A stretch of DNA of 64,000 bases, from NCBI RefSeq assembly GCF_964213995.1, contig NW_027590151.1, positions 806,001 through 870,000 on the forward strand. Reading direction: 5' to 3'. Source of the stretch: Mustelus asterias. Taxonomy: Eukaryota. Positions within the stretch are counted from its first letter, which is position 1. Each line of letters starts with the position of its first letter. The position numbers and the translations under genes are program-made. Positions 1-10,892 of this stretch are shown here, in pieces. The notes below the pieces were generated by a model. It saw only the letters and a program-made list of their open reading frames with translations, did not search any database and had not been told where the DNA came from.

Positions 1-885
1 GTTGTCTGTTCTCAGCTCTGCTGGATTTCTGCTGAAGTTTGGCCCCTTTTACACCTTTCAGATCAATAAAACATTTGGTCAATGAAGATCCAAACCACAA
101 TTTCCCATCCTGTCACCTGTCAACCATCCTTACCTAGAGTGTAATCACAACAGGAATAAAAACAGGAGAAGTGTAACAATCAAATTCAAAATCAATACAC
201 AGCCAGTCAGAGAATTTAATGTTCACTAATTAGCAAGAAAACCCAAAGTAGGGGGTCCCCCAGGATTCTTACAGTCCACACCTTGAGGGGGAGGAGAACT
301 CTCTCTCTGACCCCTCACTCAACTTCACTCCGTTATTTTCCAGTTCTGTTTTGGCCCCGCCTGGGGTAACATCTACTCGATCTTTCCTACTCCTGAAGGA
401 GCATCGTGAGTTCTAGGTTACTCGTACATAAGGACAGATGCTTCAAGCAACAGATCAAGCATGGATGTAAAAGATTCTCCAGCTCTCTCTTTACCCCTAT
501 CCAAGTTGTGGACAGTTCTTACTCTGTATTATTTCTCCCAATCCCTTAATTGTCTCAATCTATAATATTACGCATTTTATTTTAATTTTCCTCACTTTGT
601 GTCCCTGTGCAGTGTGTTTAATTGGATCCTGATTGTTTTGAACTCAGTTTCTCTCTGGAGTGTGTGTCAATGCGTTGATGATGTCACAATGTTGTCTCAA
701 TCCCCTGGCCACATGAACCATTTCATCTCCTGCTGTGTCTCAAGTAGCTGTGTGTGTTTGGGACCCGCTCTTCACTCCATCTCACCATGAATTTAGGCTT
801 GCTATTTTTCACATGTAACAAATCACATCTGTACACTCACTCCAGTATCCCAAAATCATGTCACACATTCTTAACTCTCAGATGT

Positions 886-1232
886 GGCACGGTAGCACAG
901 TGGTTAGCACTGCTGCTTCACAGCTCCAGGGTCCCGGGTTTGATTCCCGGCTCGGGTCATTGTCTGTGTGGAGTTTGCACATTCTCCTCGTGTCTGCGTG
1001 GGTTTCCTCCGGGTGCTCCGGTTTCCTCCCACAGTCCAAAGATGTGCGGGTTAGGTTGATTGGCCAGGTGAAAAAAAATTGCCCCTTAGAGTCCTGGGAT
1101 GCGTAGGTTAGAGGGATTAGTGGGTAAAATATGTGGGGGTAGGGCCTGGGTGGGGTTGTGGTCGGTGCAGACTCGATGGGCCGAATGGCCTCCTTCTGCA
1201 CTGTAGAGTTTCTATGATTTCTATGATTTCTA
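886..1232 (+). mobile_element. HE1-type V-SINE (tRNA-derived), full length
   Basis: tRNA-like head (GGCACGGTAGCACAGTGGTTAGC...GGTTTGATTCCC), V-domain GTGTGGAGTTTGCACATTCTCC, CR1-like tail and (TTTCTATGA)n; probable TSD AGATGTG (880-886/1233-1239). Confidence 0.9.
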
Positions 1233-1505
1233 AGATGTGCTCATGAAATGACCAAAGTGAGTGTCTGTCTTTCTTATCTCCCCCTGTTATGGTGCTGATA
1301 TTTCATGGAGTGGCCGGGCTTTCAAATGTGGATTTCCTTAAAACAAAGTTCATGAACAAAGATGTAAATATCACCAAGAGAAAGTGATCAACTTATTCAT
1401 CCCATCTACACATTCCAGACTTTTACTAGAGTGTGGGTGGATACCAGATTGATATATTCCATTCAACCACATCCAAGGTGAGTTATTCCAATTCCCTTAT
1501 TGTCC

Positions 1506-2001
1506 TGTTGTGATGTACTTCTTCCAACTAACCACAGGAGACCCAGGAACATGTTACAATAGTTTATTCATGCTTCAAGCCTGGAGGGAACTACCCCAGA
1601 GAAAGCTCTGGAAGATCACCCTCCTGTGATACAGCTCTCACAGCTCAAAGTCACAGCTCTGACACAGCTCTCGAACAGAGTAATCACAGAGACATCATTC
1701 TAATACAACTCTCAGCTCCAAGTCACAGATACAGACAGCTTACACAGTTATTCAATACACAGAACATTTAAAATTCCAATCTTGCCGACGTAGGCAGTTC
1801 TTAAACCTTCACTCAAACGTTTGTGAGAAAGTGGTCTGTTTTTCTAGAAAGTAAACAACCTTGCTGGCAAGTCTGCTGATGTCAGCACCTTGAGGTATTA
1901 GCAATTGATCAGCCTGTGATTTTACTCTAATGAGTGAGGGGTGAGAGAGTTAAATCTACCCACCCCCCACCCCCCACCAAATCCATTAATTCACTCTTAC
2001 A
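1506..2001 (-). mobile_element. Solo LTR (~496 bp)
   Basis: TGT...ACA termini, 4-bp TSD GTCC (1502-1505/2002-2005), AATAAA on minus strand near 1563-1568; absent from the paralogous arm at ~10020-10400. Confidence 0.75.
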
Positions 2002-2088
2002 GTCCAAATCTTTAAAACAGAAATTAAACATTCCCATTTGATTTCAGGTATTAACATATTCTGTTAGTTTGTTCTTTATTGTCAATGT

Positions 2089-2395
2089 CAGGCTGGGGTT
2101 GTTCCTCTTGGAGCAAAGGAGGTTGAGGGGAGATTTGATCGAGGTGGACAAGATTCTGACAGGTTTAGATAAGGTGGACAAAGAAAAGCAGTTCCCATTC
2201 GCTGAAGGGACAAGGATGAGGGGGTCACAGATTTATGGTTTTGGATCAGAGATGTGGGGGGTGAGGGGGGGGGGGGGGATGTGAGGAAGAATATTTTGAT
2301 GCAGTGAATGGTAATGACCTGGAACTCGCTGCCTACGAGGGTGGAGGAAGTGGAGACAATAAACAATTACAAAGGAAATTGGATGGGCATTTGGA
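2089..2395 (+). mobile_element. CR1 LINE 3' fragment
   Basis: Translates LGLFLLEQRRLRGDLIEV, the CR1 ORF2 C-terminal motif. Confidence 0.8.
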
Positions 2396-2620
2396 GGGTT
2401 TCAAACAGAAATGCTGACTAAATATCTCTGAACTTCTCAACACCCTGTCGCTCTGATCCTTGTGAAATTTGAAAACAGGTTTTTAGCAGCAAGAATCAAA
2501 GAGCATCAGCCCACTGGAGGCAAAATCGTGCGACCGGTTGACCATCTGTGAGAATGAACAAAACGCAGTCCTGGACGTATTTGAGAGCTGAATTGTAACA
2601 GCAGAATCCAACCCCTGGAA

Positions 2621-3463
2621 TCACTTGTGAACTCGCTGGTGTCTCAGCAGGCTGGATGAAACTCTGAATCCCTTCTCACACACAGAGCAGGTGAATGGCC
2701 TCTCCCCGGTGTGAACTCGCTGGTGTGTCCGCAGGGTGGATGAATCTCTGTATACCTTCCCACATTGAGTGCAGCAGAATGGTCTCTCCCCAGTATGAAC
2801 TCGCTGGTGTGTATGCAGGTTGCATAACTGAGTGAATCCCTTCCCACACTGAGAGCAGGTGAATGGTTTCTCTCCAGTGTGAACTCGCTGGTGTGTTTGC
2901 AGGGCATATAAATCATTGAATCCCTTCCCACATTGAGAGCAGGTGAATGGTCTCACCCCGGTGTGAACTCGCTGATGTACCTGCAGGCTAGATAGCCGAG
3001 TGAACTCCTTCTCACATACAGAGCAGGTGAACGGTCTCTCCCCAGTGTGAACTCGCTGGTGTGCCTGCAGGGTGGCTGCATGACCAAATCCCTTCCCACA
3101 CTGAGAGCAGGTGAACGGTCTCTCCCCAGTGTGAACTCGCTGGTGTGACTGCAGGCTGGATAATTGAGTGTATCCCTTCCCACATACAGTGCAGGTGAAT
3201 GGCCTCTCCCCAGTGTGAACTCGCTGGTGTGCCTGTAGGGTGGATGCGTGAGCGAATGCCTTCCCACACTGAGAGCAAGTGAACGGCCTCTCCCCAGTGT
3301 GAATTCGTTGGTGTCTCTGCAGGGTGGCTACAATACTGAATCCCATCCCACACCAAGGGCAAGTGAATGGCCTCTCTCCAGTGTGAATGCGCCGATGAGC
3401 TTCGAGATATGATGGGAATCTGTATCTCTTCCCACAGTCCCCACATTTCCATGGTTTCTCCAT
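2621..3463 (-). CDS. C2H2 zinc-finger protein, 10 fingers, 280 aa (ZNF locus 1, type A leader), apparently intact
   Basis: Ten CxxC-x12-HxxxH repeats with TGERPF linkers; first ATG (accATGg) at 3463; acceptor TTACAG| opens the exon at 3815; upstream non-coding exon donor |GTGAGT at 6238. Confidence 0.85.
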   Translation of the reverse strand: MEKPWKCGDCGKRYRFPSYLEAHRRIHTGERPFTCPWCGMGFSIVATLQRHQRIHTGERPFTCSQCGKAFAHASTLQAHQRVHTGERPFTCTVCGKGYTQLSSLQSHQRVHTGERPFTCSQCGKGFGHAATLQAHQRVHTGERPFTCSVCEKEFTRLSSLQVHQRVHTGVRPFTCSQCGKGFNDLYALQTHQRVHTGEKPFTCSQCGKGFTQLCNLHTHQRVHTGERPFCCTQCGKVYRDSSTLRTHQRVHTGERPFTCSVCEKGFRVSSSLLRHQRVHK

Positions 3464-4354
3464 GGTGCGGGTGTCCTTGTGACTCTCCAGGTTAAACAAT
3501 CAGTTAAATCTCACACAGAACACGGGTACAGTCTCTCCCCACTGTGAATGCTGCGATGTATTTTCAGGCTGTGTAACTGGTTAAAGTTCTTTCCACACTC
3601 AGTTCACTGGAACACTCTCACTTGGCTGTGTGTGTCTCAGTGCATTTCTCGTCACAGCGATGTTTAAAATCTTCGGAAGCTGATAGACCGGGCAAACATT
3701 TCTCCTTCTAGATTTAGAGCCTGATGATATTCAGGTCCCAAGGAATCGAGTCACTCTGTCAGATCCAGATCTGACATTTTAGATTTCTGTCTGTGATTTC
3801 TCCTCATCTAATATCCTGTAATTCAATTTAAGAAAAACATCACAATTCAGTACATGATCAAAATTCAAATAAGTCAATTCTAGTTTCTATGGAACATTCT
3901 TTAAAGACACAGTCATGGAGCATTAAACTTGCCCAGCAGGGCTTCTCGTATCAGCACACAGGCAGCTGCTTTGTGAGACTGCCAGCAGTACAGACAAGTC
4001 AGAGATAAGGGTGTTCTCAGAAGAGGGATTCATTATGATGGCTCAGGGATGGCTGATAAGATGTAGGAATTCTATGATTCTAATGAACATTCTTTTCTCT
4101 CTCATCCCCAAAAGCTGTGAATCTCCATCCCACACACTCTCCCTCCATTCTCACTCTGCTTTATCTAATATTCACCCTCCCAATTCTCCTGAAGGTGCTG
4201 ATTGAGGCTGATTGACAGATCCATGCTCACTGGTTCGTGTCTTGGACATAGAGAGCTCAGAATCTCCATGCAGGCTGCCAGACAGATATATGTCTCTATG
4301 ACTGGACTAACAATGTGTGGAATGAACAGACTGGATTCACTTCCTTTCCCTTCA

Positions 4355-6155
4355 GTTGCCAGGATCCAATGAACTGCACGCTAGCCTTTTAATGGTGGTT
4401 GCTGAAGAGATAATGGAGAATTTTGTTGAAATTTTTCTTAACTTGCTAGATTCCGGGAGAGTATCAGAAGATTGGAAATCAGCCAATGTGATTCCCTTGG
4501 TCAAAAAGGCAGAAGGCAGGGAACTATTGGCCAGTTAATTTAACATCTATTATTGGCAAGAAGCTGGAGTCAATAATCAAAGAGGAAATAGCTAATCATT
4601 TAGGAAAGCTGAATATAATCAAACTAAGGCAACATGGTTCTCAGAAAGATAAATCATGTTCGACAAATTTGCTCAATTTCTTTGAGAATGCAAGAGGAAG
4701 AGTAGATCGAGTTCATTCTGTAGATGTAGTGTATTTAGAGAGGGTGGTACGGCGGCACAGTGGTTAGCACTGTTGCTTCACAGCGCGAGGGATGCAGCTT
4801 CAATTTCGGCCTCGGGTGACAGTCTGTGTGGAATTTGCACATTCTCCCCGTGTCTGAGTAGGTTTCCTTCGGGTGCTCTGGTTTCTTCTACATTCCAAAG
4901 ATATGCAAGTTAGGTGGATTGGCTATGCTAAATTGACCCTTCATGTTCTAAAATGTGTAGATTAGGGGGATTAGTGGGGTAAAAATGTGGGGTTGAGATA
5001 GGGCCTCGGAAAGATACTCTGTTGGAAAGTTGGTGCAGGCTCGATGGGCCAAATGACCCCCTTCTGCAATCTAGGGATTCTATGATTTCCAAAAGGCATT
5101 TGTCAAGGTGCCACATAAGAGGCTGGTGCATAAAGTAAAGGTCCATGGAATTGGTGGAAGTGTGTTAGCATGGATTGAAAACTGGCCGTCACATAGAAAA
5201 CAGAGAGTTGGAATAAATGGGTCATTTTCAGAGTGGAAAGATGTAACCAGTGGAGTACCACTTGGATCAGTTCTTGGCCTGCAATTCATGATTCAATTAA
5301 TGACCTGGAGGAAGGAACAGAATGTAAGGTTTCCAAATGATTCAAAGATAGGTGGAAGGACATGTTGTGATGAGGATATTTTGATTCTGCAGTGGGATAT
5401 AGATAGATTGTGATGAAAACCTGGCAAATGAAGTTTAATGTGGGGAAGTGGGAGGTCATGTAGAAATCAAAAGGGAGATTATCTACATGGAACGGCACTG
5501 CAGGTGAGTGAAGTACAGAGGGATCTGGATGTTCTTGCACATGAATCACAAAATGCTAGCAGGCAGGTCCCACAATAGGTAAGAAGAAAAATGGAATTTT
5601 GACCTTTATTGCAAAGGGGTTGGAGTTTAAAAACAGGGGGGTTGTGTTGGTGAGGCCTCACCTGGAATACTGCGTAGTTTTGATTTTACTTAAACAAGGA
5701 TACAGTAACATTGGATGTTGTCCAAAGGAGATTCACCAGACAAATTCCTGGGTGAGAGGGTTGTCCTATCAAGAGAGAATAAATTGTCTAGGTCTGTATT
5801 CCTTGAAGCTTTGAAGACAAAGAGGTGACTTTATTGAAATATTAGATCCTGAGGGGGGCTTGACAGGATAGACGGTGAGATATTTTTACAAGTGCGGAAG
5901 TCTCGAACAAGCTAAATGGTCGGTCATTTAAAACTGAGGTGCACAGAAATTTCTTCCCCCAGAGGGTGGTGAATGTCTGGAATTCTCTGCCCCACAGGTG
6001 GAGGCTGGATCACTATAAGTATTTAAAGTGGAGGTGGATAAATAGTTTGATAGATCGAGGGATAGAGGGCTATGGGAAAAGGCTCACAAAAGGAGTTGAA
6101 GCCGGCATAGATCAGCCATGAAGGGCCTGCTGGCCACTCCTGCGTCTATTTCTCG
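4355..6155 (+). mobile_element. Decayed CR1 LINE ORF2 (RT to 3' end) in the intron of ZNF locus 1
   Basis: Fragments PEDWKSANVIP-like, VTSGVPLGSVLG, VRPHLEYC, RNFFPQRVVNVWNSLP; multiple stops and frameshifts. Confidence 0.85.
4742..5087 (+). mobile_element. HE1-type V-SINE nested in CR1
   Basis: Same head, V-domain and tail as 886-1232; interrupts the CR1 'YLDFQKAF' region. Confidence 0.85.
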
Positions 6156-6717
6156 TGATCAGTTGCTGCAAATCAACAGTTTCCCCCCAGAATGAAAAAA
6201 GGAATGGAAGGGGGGAGTAAAGAAAGTGTTTTACTCACAGATGTTGGAGAGACAGGAGGAAGTTTGAGTCTGTCTGAAGCTCAATCTTCATTCAGAAAGA
6301 GAAGCAGCAGCTTTGCTGGGCCGGAATGAGCAGCTGAACAAGCTCATTGTGCAACTTCCGCATTCAGGCAATGGAGGAGCTTTGATTGGCTGGGGGACCA
6401 GAATCCTTCCGGTCCTCCAGAATGCCCATTGGCCAGAGCCTGTGAGAGGCAGCGACCGGAGCAGAGTCCTTCCGGTCCTCCGGAGTTCCCATTGGTCAAT
6501 CCCCCGCAGACAGACAATGAGGGGCGGAGCCCCACGTGGGGGTGGGCGGGACTTTGCCCTCCAGCCGCGCTGAGCTGTTGTCCAATGGGAAAGGCTGGAA
6601 GACCCGGACAGACAATGGTCACTGCGCCGGCTTTGTCCGGGCCCCGCCCCACACCCGCACATGCGCATTCACCCTAAAAACTCGCACATGCGCAATTTTG
6701 ATTCACTGTCTCTCCAG

Positions 6718-6864
6718 AATTCCCACTCACCTGAAGAAGGGGCTCAGAGCCTCGAAAGCTTGTGTGGCTTTTGCTACCAAATAAACCTGTTGGACTTTAA
6801 CCTGGTGTTGTTAAACTTCTTACTGTGTTTACCCCAGTCCAACGCCGGCATCTCCACATCATGA
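6718..6864 (+). mobile_element. Penelope pseudo-LTR fragment with hammerhead motif
   Basis: Matches the terminal repeats at 63055-63190 and 63860-63956; TSD TCTCCAG on both sides. Confidence 0.75.
6723..6767 (+). ncRNA. Minimal type I hammerhead ribozyme
   Basis: CCACTCAC CTGAAGA A GGGGCT-CAG-AGCCTC GAAA GC TT GTGTGG: intact core, stem II, palindromic AAGCTT stem III, bulged stem I. Confidence 0.6.
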
Positions 6865-8887
6865 TCTCCAGCTCTGGCCAATGAGAAGAGTTGGAGGACC
6901 GGAAGGCCTCAGGTTTTCCAGCCAATCAGAGCGTGGGTTTTTCGCGTGAATGACGATAGGGCATCAGACAGACTGAAACTTCCTCCTGTTCCAACATCTG
7001 TGAGTAAAACACTTTGTTTTCTCCACCTTTCCATTGCTTTTCTCATTCTGGGGGAAATTGGGGACTTGCAGCAACTGAAGGGAAAGGAAGTGAATCCAGG
7101 GAGGGTGCAGATTGTGGAAAGGTTGGCCCAGGTCTCTCTGTGTTAAAGACATTGACATCCCTTGCTCCCTCAGCTTGACACATTGATTTGTCTGGCTCAA
7201 AGGTCCCTTTCCTAATGTTCACAATTAAAGGGCTGGTTTCCCCAGGAAATATCTGACATTTAAGGGGACTGTAAATTAATATAGGTTAGAGATATGTTCA
7301 GTATTGTCATATGGCAAGATTAGACATGTATGGTTCTGCAGTAATGTCCATTTATTATTATTTCTAATCTGTAATATCGTACGGTCGTGTGACATTAGTG
7401 TTTCTTTACAAATTTTTTAATCTCAAAATCATGATCCTGCTGTTGTAAATAAACCTTTCAGTTTTTTTTTACATTATGGCACCGGCTTGTCTACAAAGAG
7501 TCCTTTATTTGCTCCTTAAGTGGCTTACATAGAGGTTGTTTGTTTTTACTTTGGGATTTGTGGATAAAAAACTGGTTGCAGGTCAGGTGACAGAAGTTCT
7601 TTCATTTTCAGTTCTGAGATGCAGTTTAGTTTTAGAAGGGGCATCACGCTGAAAAGAGACGTCTCTCTCGCTTTCTCTCCCGTTTTATTTGGAAATTCTG
7701 TTGGTTATCTGAAAGCCAGGTCTTGCCTTCCTGAAGAAAATATTCTGCTGTTGATGGGTTAGGCATTATCTTTGTTGTTTTGTTTTGTTTGTAATTGCTA
7801 AAAGTTCTTGCTAATTTTCTTACTAAACATGTTAACTATATTCTTAAGTAAACTTTGTGAAAAGGTGGGTCATTTGAATCATACCTGAAGTGAAACATTT
7901 CATGCCAAATTCAAGATGTAAAACGTATGATTCAGGCGGGTTCCATAAAACATTTTGGAGTTTCTAACCTGAGCCCTAACATGTAGCTACGTGATATATT
8001 TCCAGTAATAGAGTCATTACAGCACAGAAGGAATCCATTGGACCACTCGGGTTAATGCCGACTCACTGTCAGTGTCGAGTGGATCCCATTCTGCAGCAAC
8101 TCCAATTTCATTTCCAAGTTATTGATCATCTCTGCTTGACTACCCTCACAAGCAGTTCAAGATCATGATCAATTGTAGCCCCCTGTATCTTAGCCAACTG
8201 AAACAATTCTATCCATTAAACATATTTTTAGTCCTGTAATAGAGACATAGATCTGTCTGGCCGCCTGCATGGAGATTTTCAGCTCTCTGTGTCCAGGGCA
8301 GGAAGCAGTGAGCATGGATCTGTCAATCAGCCTCAATCAGCACCTTCAGGAGAATTGGGAGGGTGAATATTAGATACAGCAGAGTGAGAATGGAGGGAGA
8401 GTGTGTGGGATGGAGATTCACAGCTTTTGGGGAATGAGAGAGGAAAGAATGTTCCATAGAAACTAGAATTGTCTGTTCTGAATTTCTAATCTGTGCTGAC
8501 AGTGATGACTTTTGTAAACTCCTTTCACAGAATATGAGAAGGTGAGGATTGACAGACAGAAATCTCGAACAAATGTCATGTCAAATTCTGACAGTCATTC
8601 AGTTCATCTGGACCTGAATACCATCGGCCTTTCAATCGAAAAGGTGAAATATTTTTCTGTTCTGTCTGCTTCAGACTTTTTTTTTGCAGAAATGTGACTG
8701 GAAAGATGCCGTGACACACATATACCCGAGTGAGAGTGTTCCAGTGCACTGACTGTGGAAAGAGCTTTAAACAGTTACACAGCCTGAAAATACATCGCAG
8801 CATTCACAGTGGGGAGAGACTGTACCCGTGTTCTGTGTGAGATTGAACTGATTGTTTAACCTGGAGAGTCACAAGGACACCCGCACC

Positions 8888-9382
<495 letters not shown>

Positions 9383-9644
9383 TTCCAGGGATTGGATTCT
9401 GCTGTTATTGTTTCTGCTCTCAATTACATCCAGGACTGTATTTTGTTCATTCTCACAGTTGGTCAATGGGGAGGGTCGGAGGGTTTCTTTCTGCTGGACT
9501 GGCCGGTCTCACAACTTGGCCTCCAGTGGGCTGATGCTCTTTGAGTCTTGTTGCGAATACCTGGTTTTAAATTTCACAAGGATCACAGAGTGACCGGGTG
9601 TGAGGAAGTTCAGAGATATTTAGTCAGCATTTTTGTTTGAAACC

Positions 9645-9942
9645 TCCCAGTGCCCGTCCAATTTCCTTTGTAATTGTTTATTGTCTCCACTTCCTCCACC
9701 CTCGTAGGCAGCGAGTTCCAGGTCATTACCATTCGCTGCATCAAAATATTCTTCCTCACATCCCCCCCCCCCCACCCCCATCTCTGACCCAAAACCTTAA
9801 ATCTGCGCCCCCTCGTCCTTGTCTCATCAGCTAATGAGAACAGCTTTTCTTTGTCCACCTTATCTCAACCTGTCAGAATCTTGTCCACCTCTATCAAATC
9901 TCCCCTCAACCTCCTTTGCTCCAAGGGGAACAACCCCAGCCT
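9645..9942 (-). mobile_element. CR1 LINE 3' fragment (mirror copy of 2089-2395)
   Basis: Near-identical reverse complement of 2089-2395, including the poly-G/C run. Confidence 0.8.
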
Positions 9943-10026
9943 GACATCGACAATAAAGAACAAACTAACAGAATATGTTAATACCTGAAATCAAATGGAA
10001 TGTTTAATTTCTGTTTGAAAGAGATT

Positions 10027-10385
10027 GGCGGCACGGTAGCACAGTGGTTAGCACTGCTGCTTCACAGCTCCAGGGACCTGGGTTCAATTCCCGGCTTGGG
10101 TCACTGTCTGTGCGGAGTTTGCACATTCTCCCCGTGTCTGCGTGGGTTTCCTCCGGGTGCTCCGGTTTCTTCCCACAGTCCAAAGATGTGCGGGTTAGGT
10201 TGATTGGCCATGCTAAAATTGCCCCTTAGTGTCCTGGGATGCGTAGATTAGAGGGATTAGTGGGTACAATATGTAGGGATATGGGGGTAGGGCCTGGGTG
10301 GGATTGTGGTCGATGCAAACTCGATGGGCTGAATGGCCTCTTTCTGTACTGTAGGATTTCCATGATTTCTATGATTTCTATGATT
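10027..10385 (+). mobile_element. HE1-type V-SINE
   Basis: Full head, V-domain and tail with (ATTTCTATG)n. Confidence 0.9.
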
Positions 10386-10892
10386 GTGAATATATTGTCC
10401 TGGACAATAAAGGAATTTGAACAATTCATCTTGGGTGTGGTTGAATGGAATATATCAATCTGGTATCCACCTACAGTTCAGTTAAAGTCTGGATTTGTAG
10501 CTGGAAATCCCTCCCTAACAGCACTGTGGGTGTACTTACACCTCAGGCATTGTAGCAGTTCAGGAAGGCAGTGTTGGGGTTGACCACGGCCGAGGCAGCT
10601 ACATACAGCCACATATTCTGTTATAATTGAAGGACTGCAGATTGAATGTGAGGCATTGTGGGACTGGACTATCTTAACCACATTCCTGTGACTGCTCAGT
10701 TTCTGCAATCACGGACTGATGGGGGGTGATATAGAATTCCTAGTATGAGACCCTTCATTTCATTTTTACTAAAATAAATTGACTAAGTTAAGGTAATTAT
10801 AAAGTGCCTTACTGTATATGTACTGAGAATTCACAATGTGCCTGGAACAAAATATGCAAAGGTATGAAATGTGAAAAGAAATATGAAAATAT

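Larger units (their letters stand above)
6239..6999. promoter_or_regulatory. Bidirectional CpG-rich promoter P1 with mirror-image non-coding first exons
   Basis: Inverted exon ends AAACTTCCTCCTGT..CCAACATCT|GTGAGTAAAACAC (donors 6238 minus, 7000 plus); repeated CCGGAAG (ETS/GABP), CCAAT boxes, GC boxes and NRF1-like GCACATGCGCA (6657, 6684). Confidence 0.7.

Noticed and set aside
886-960. tRNA-like sequences with A/B boxes
   Set aside because: All are SINE heads continuing into SINE body and tail sequence.
2644-3452. Repetitive alternative-frame ORFs (SEFTLGR..., TPASSHWGE...) over the ZNF genes
   Set aside because: Shadow frames of the 84-bp finger repeat.
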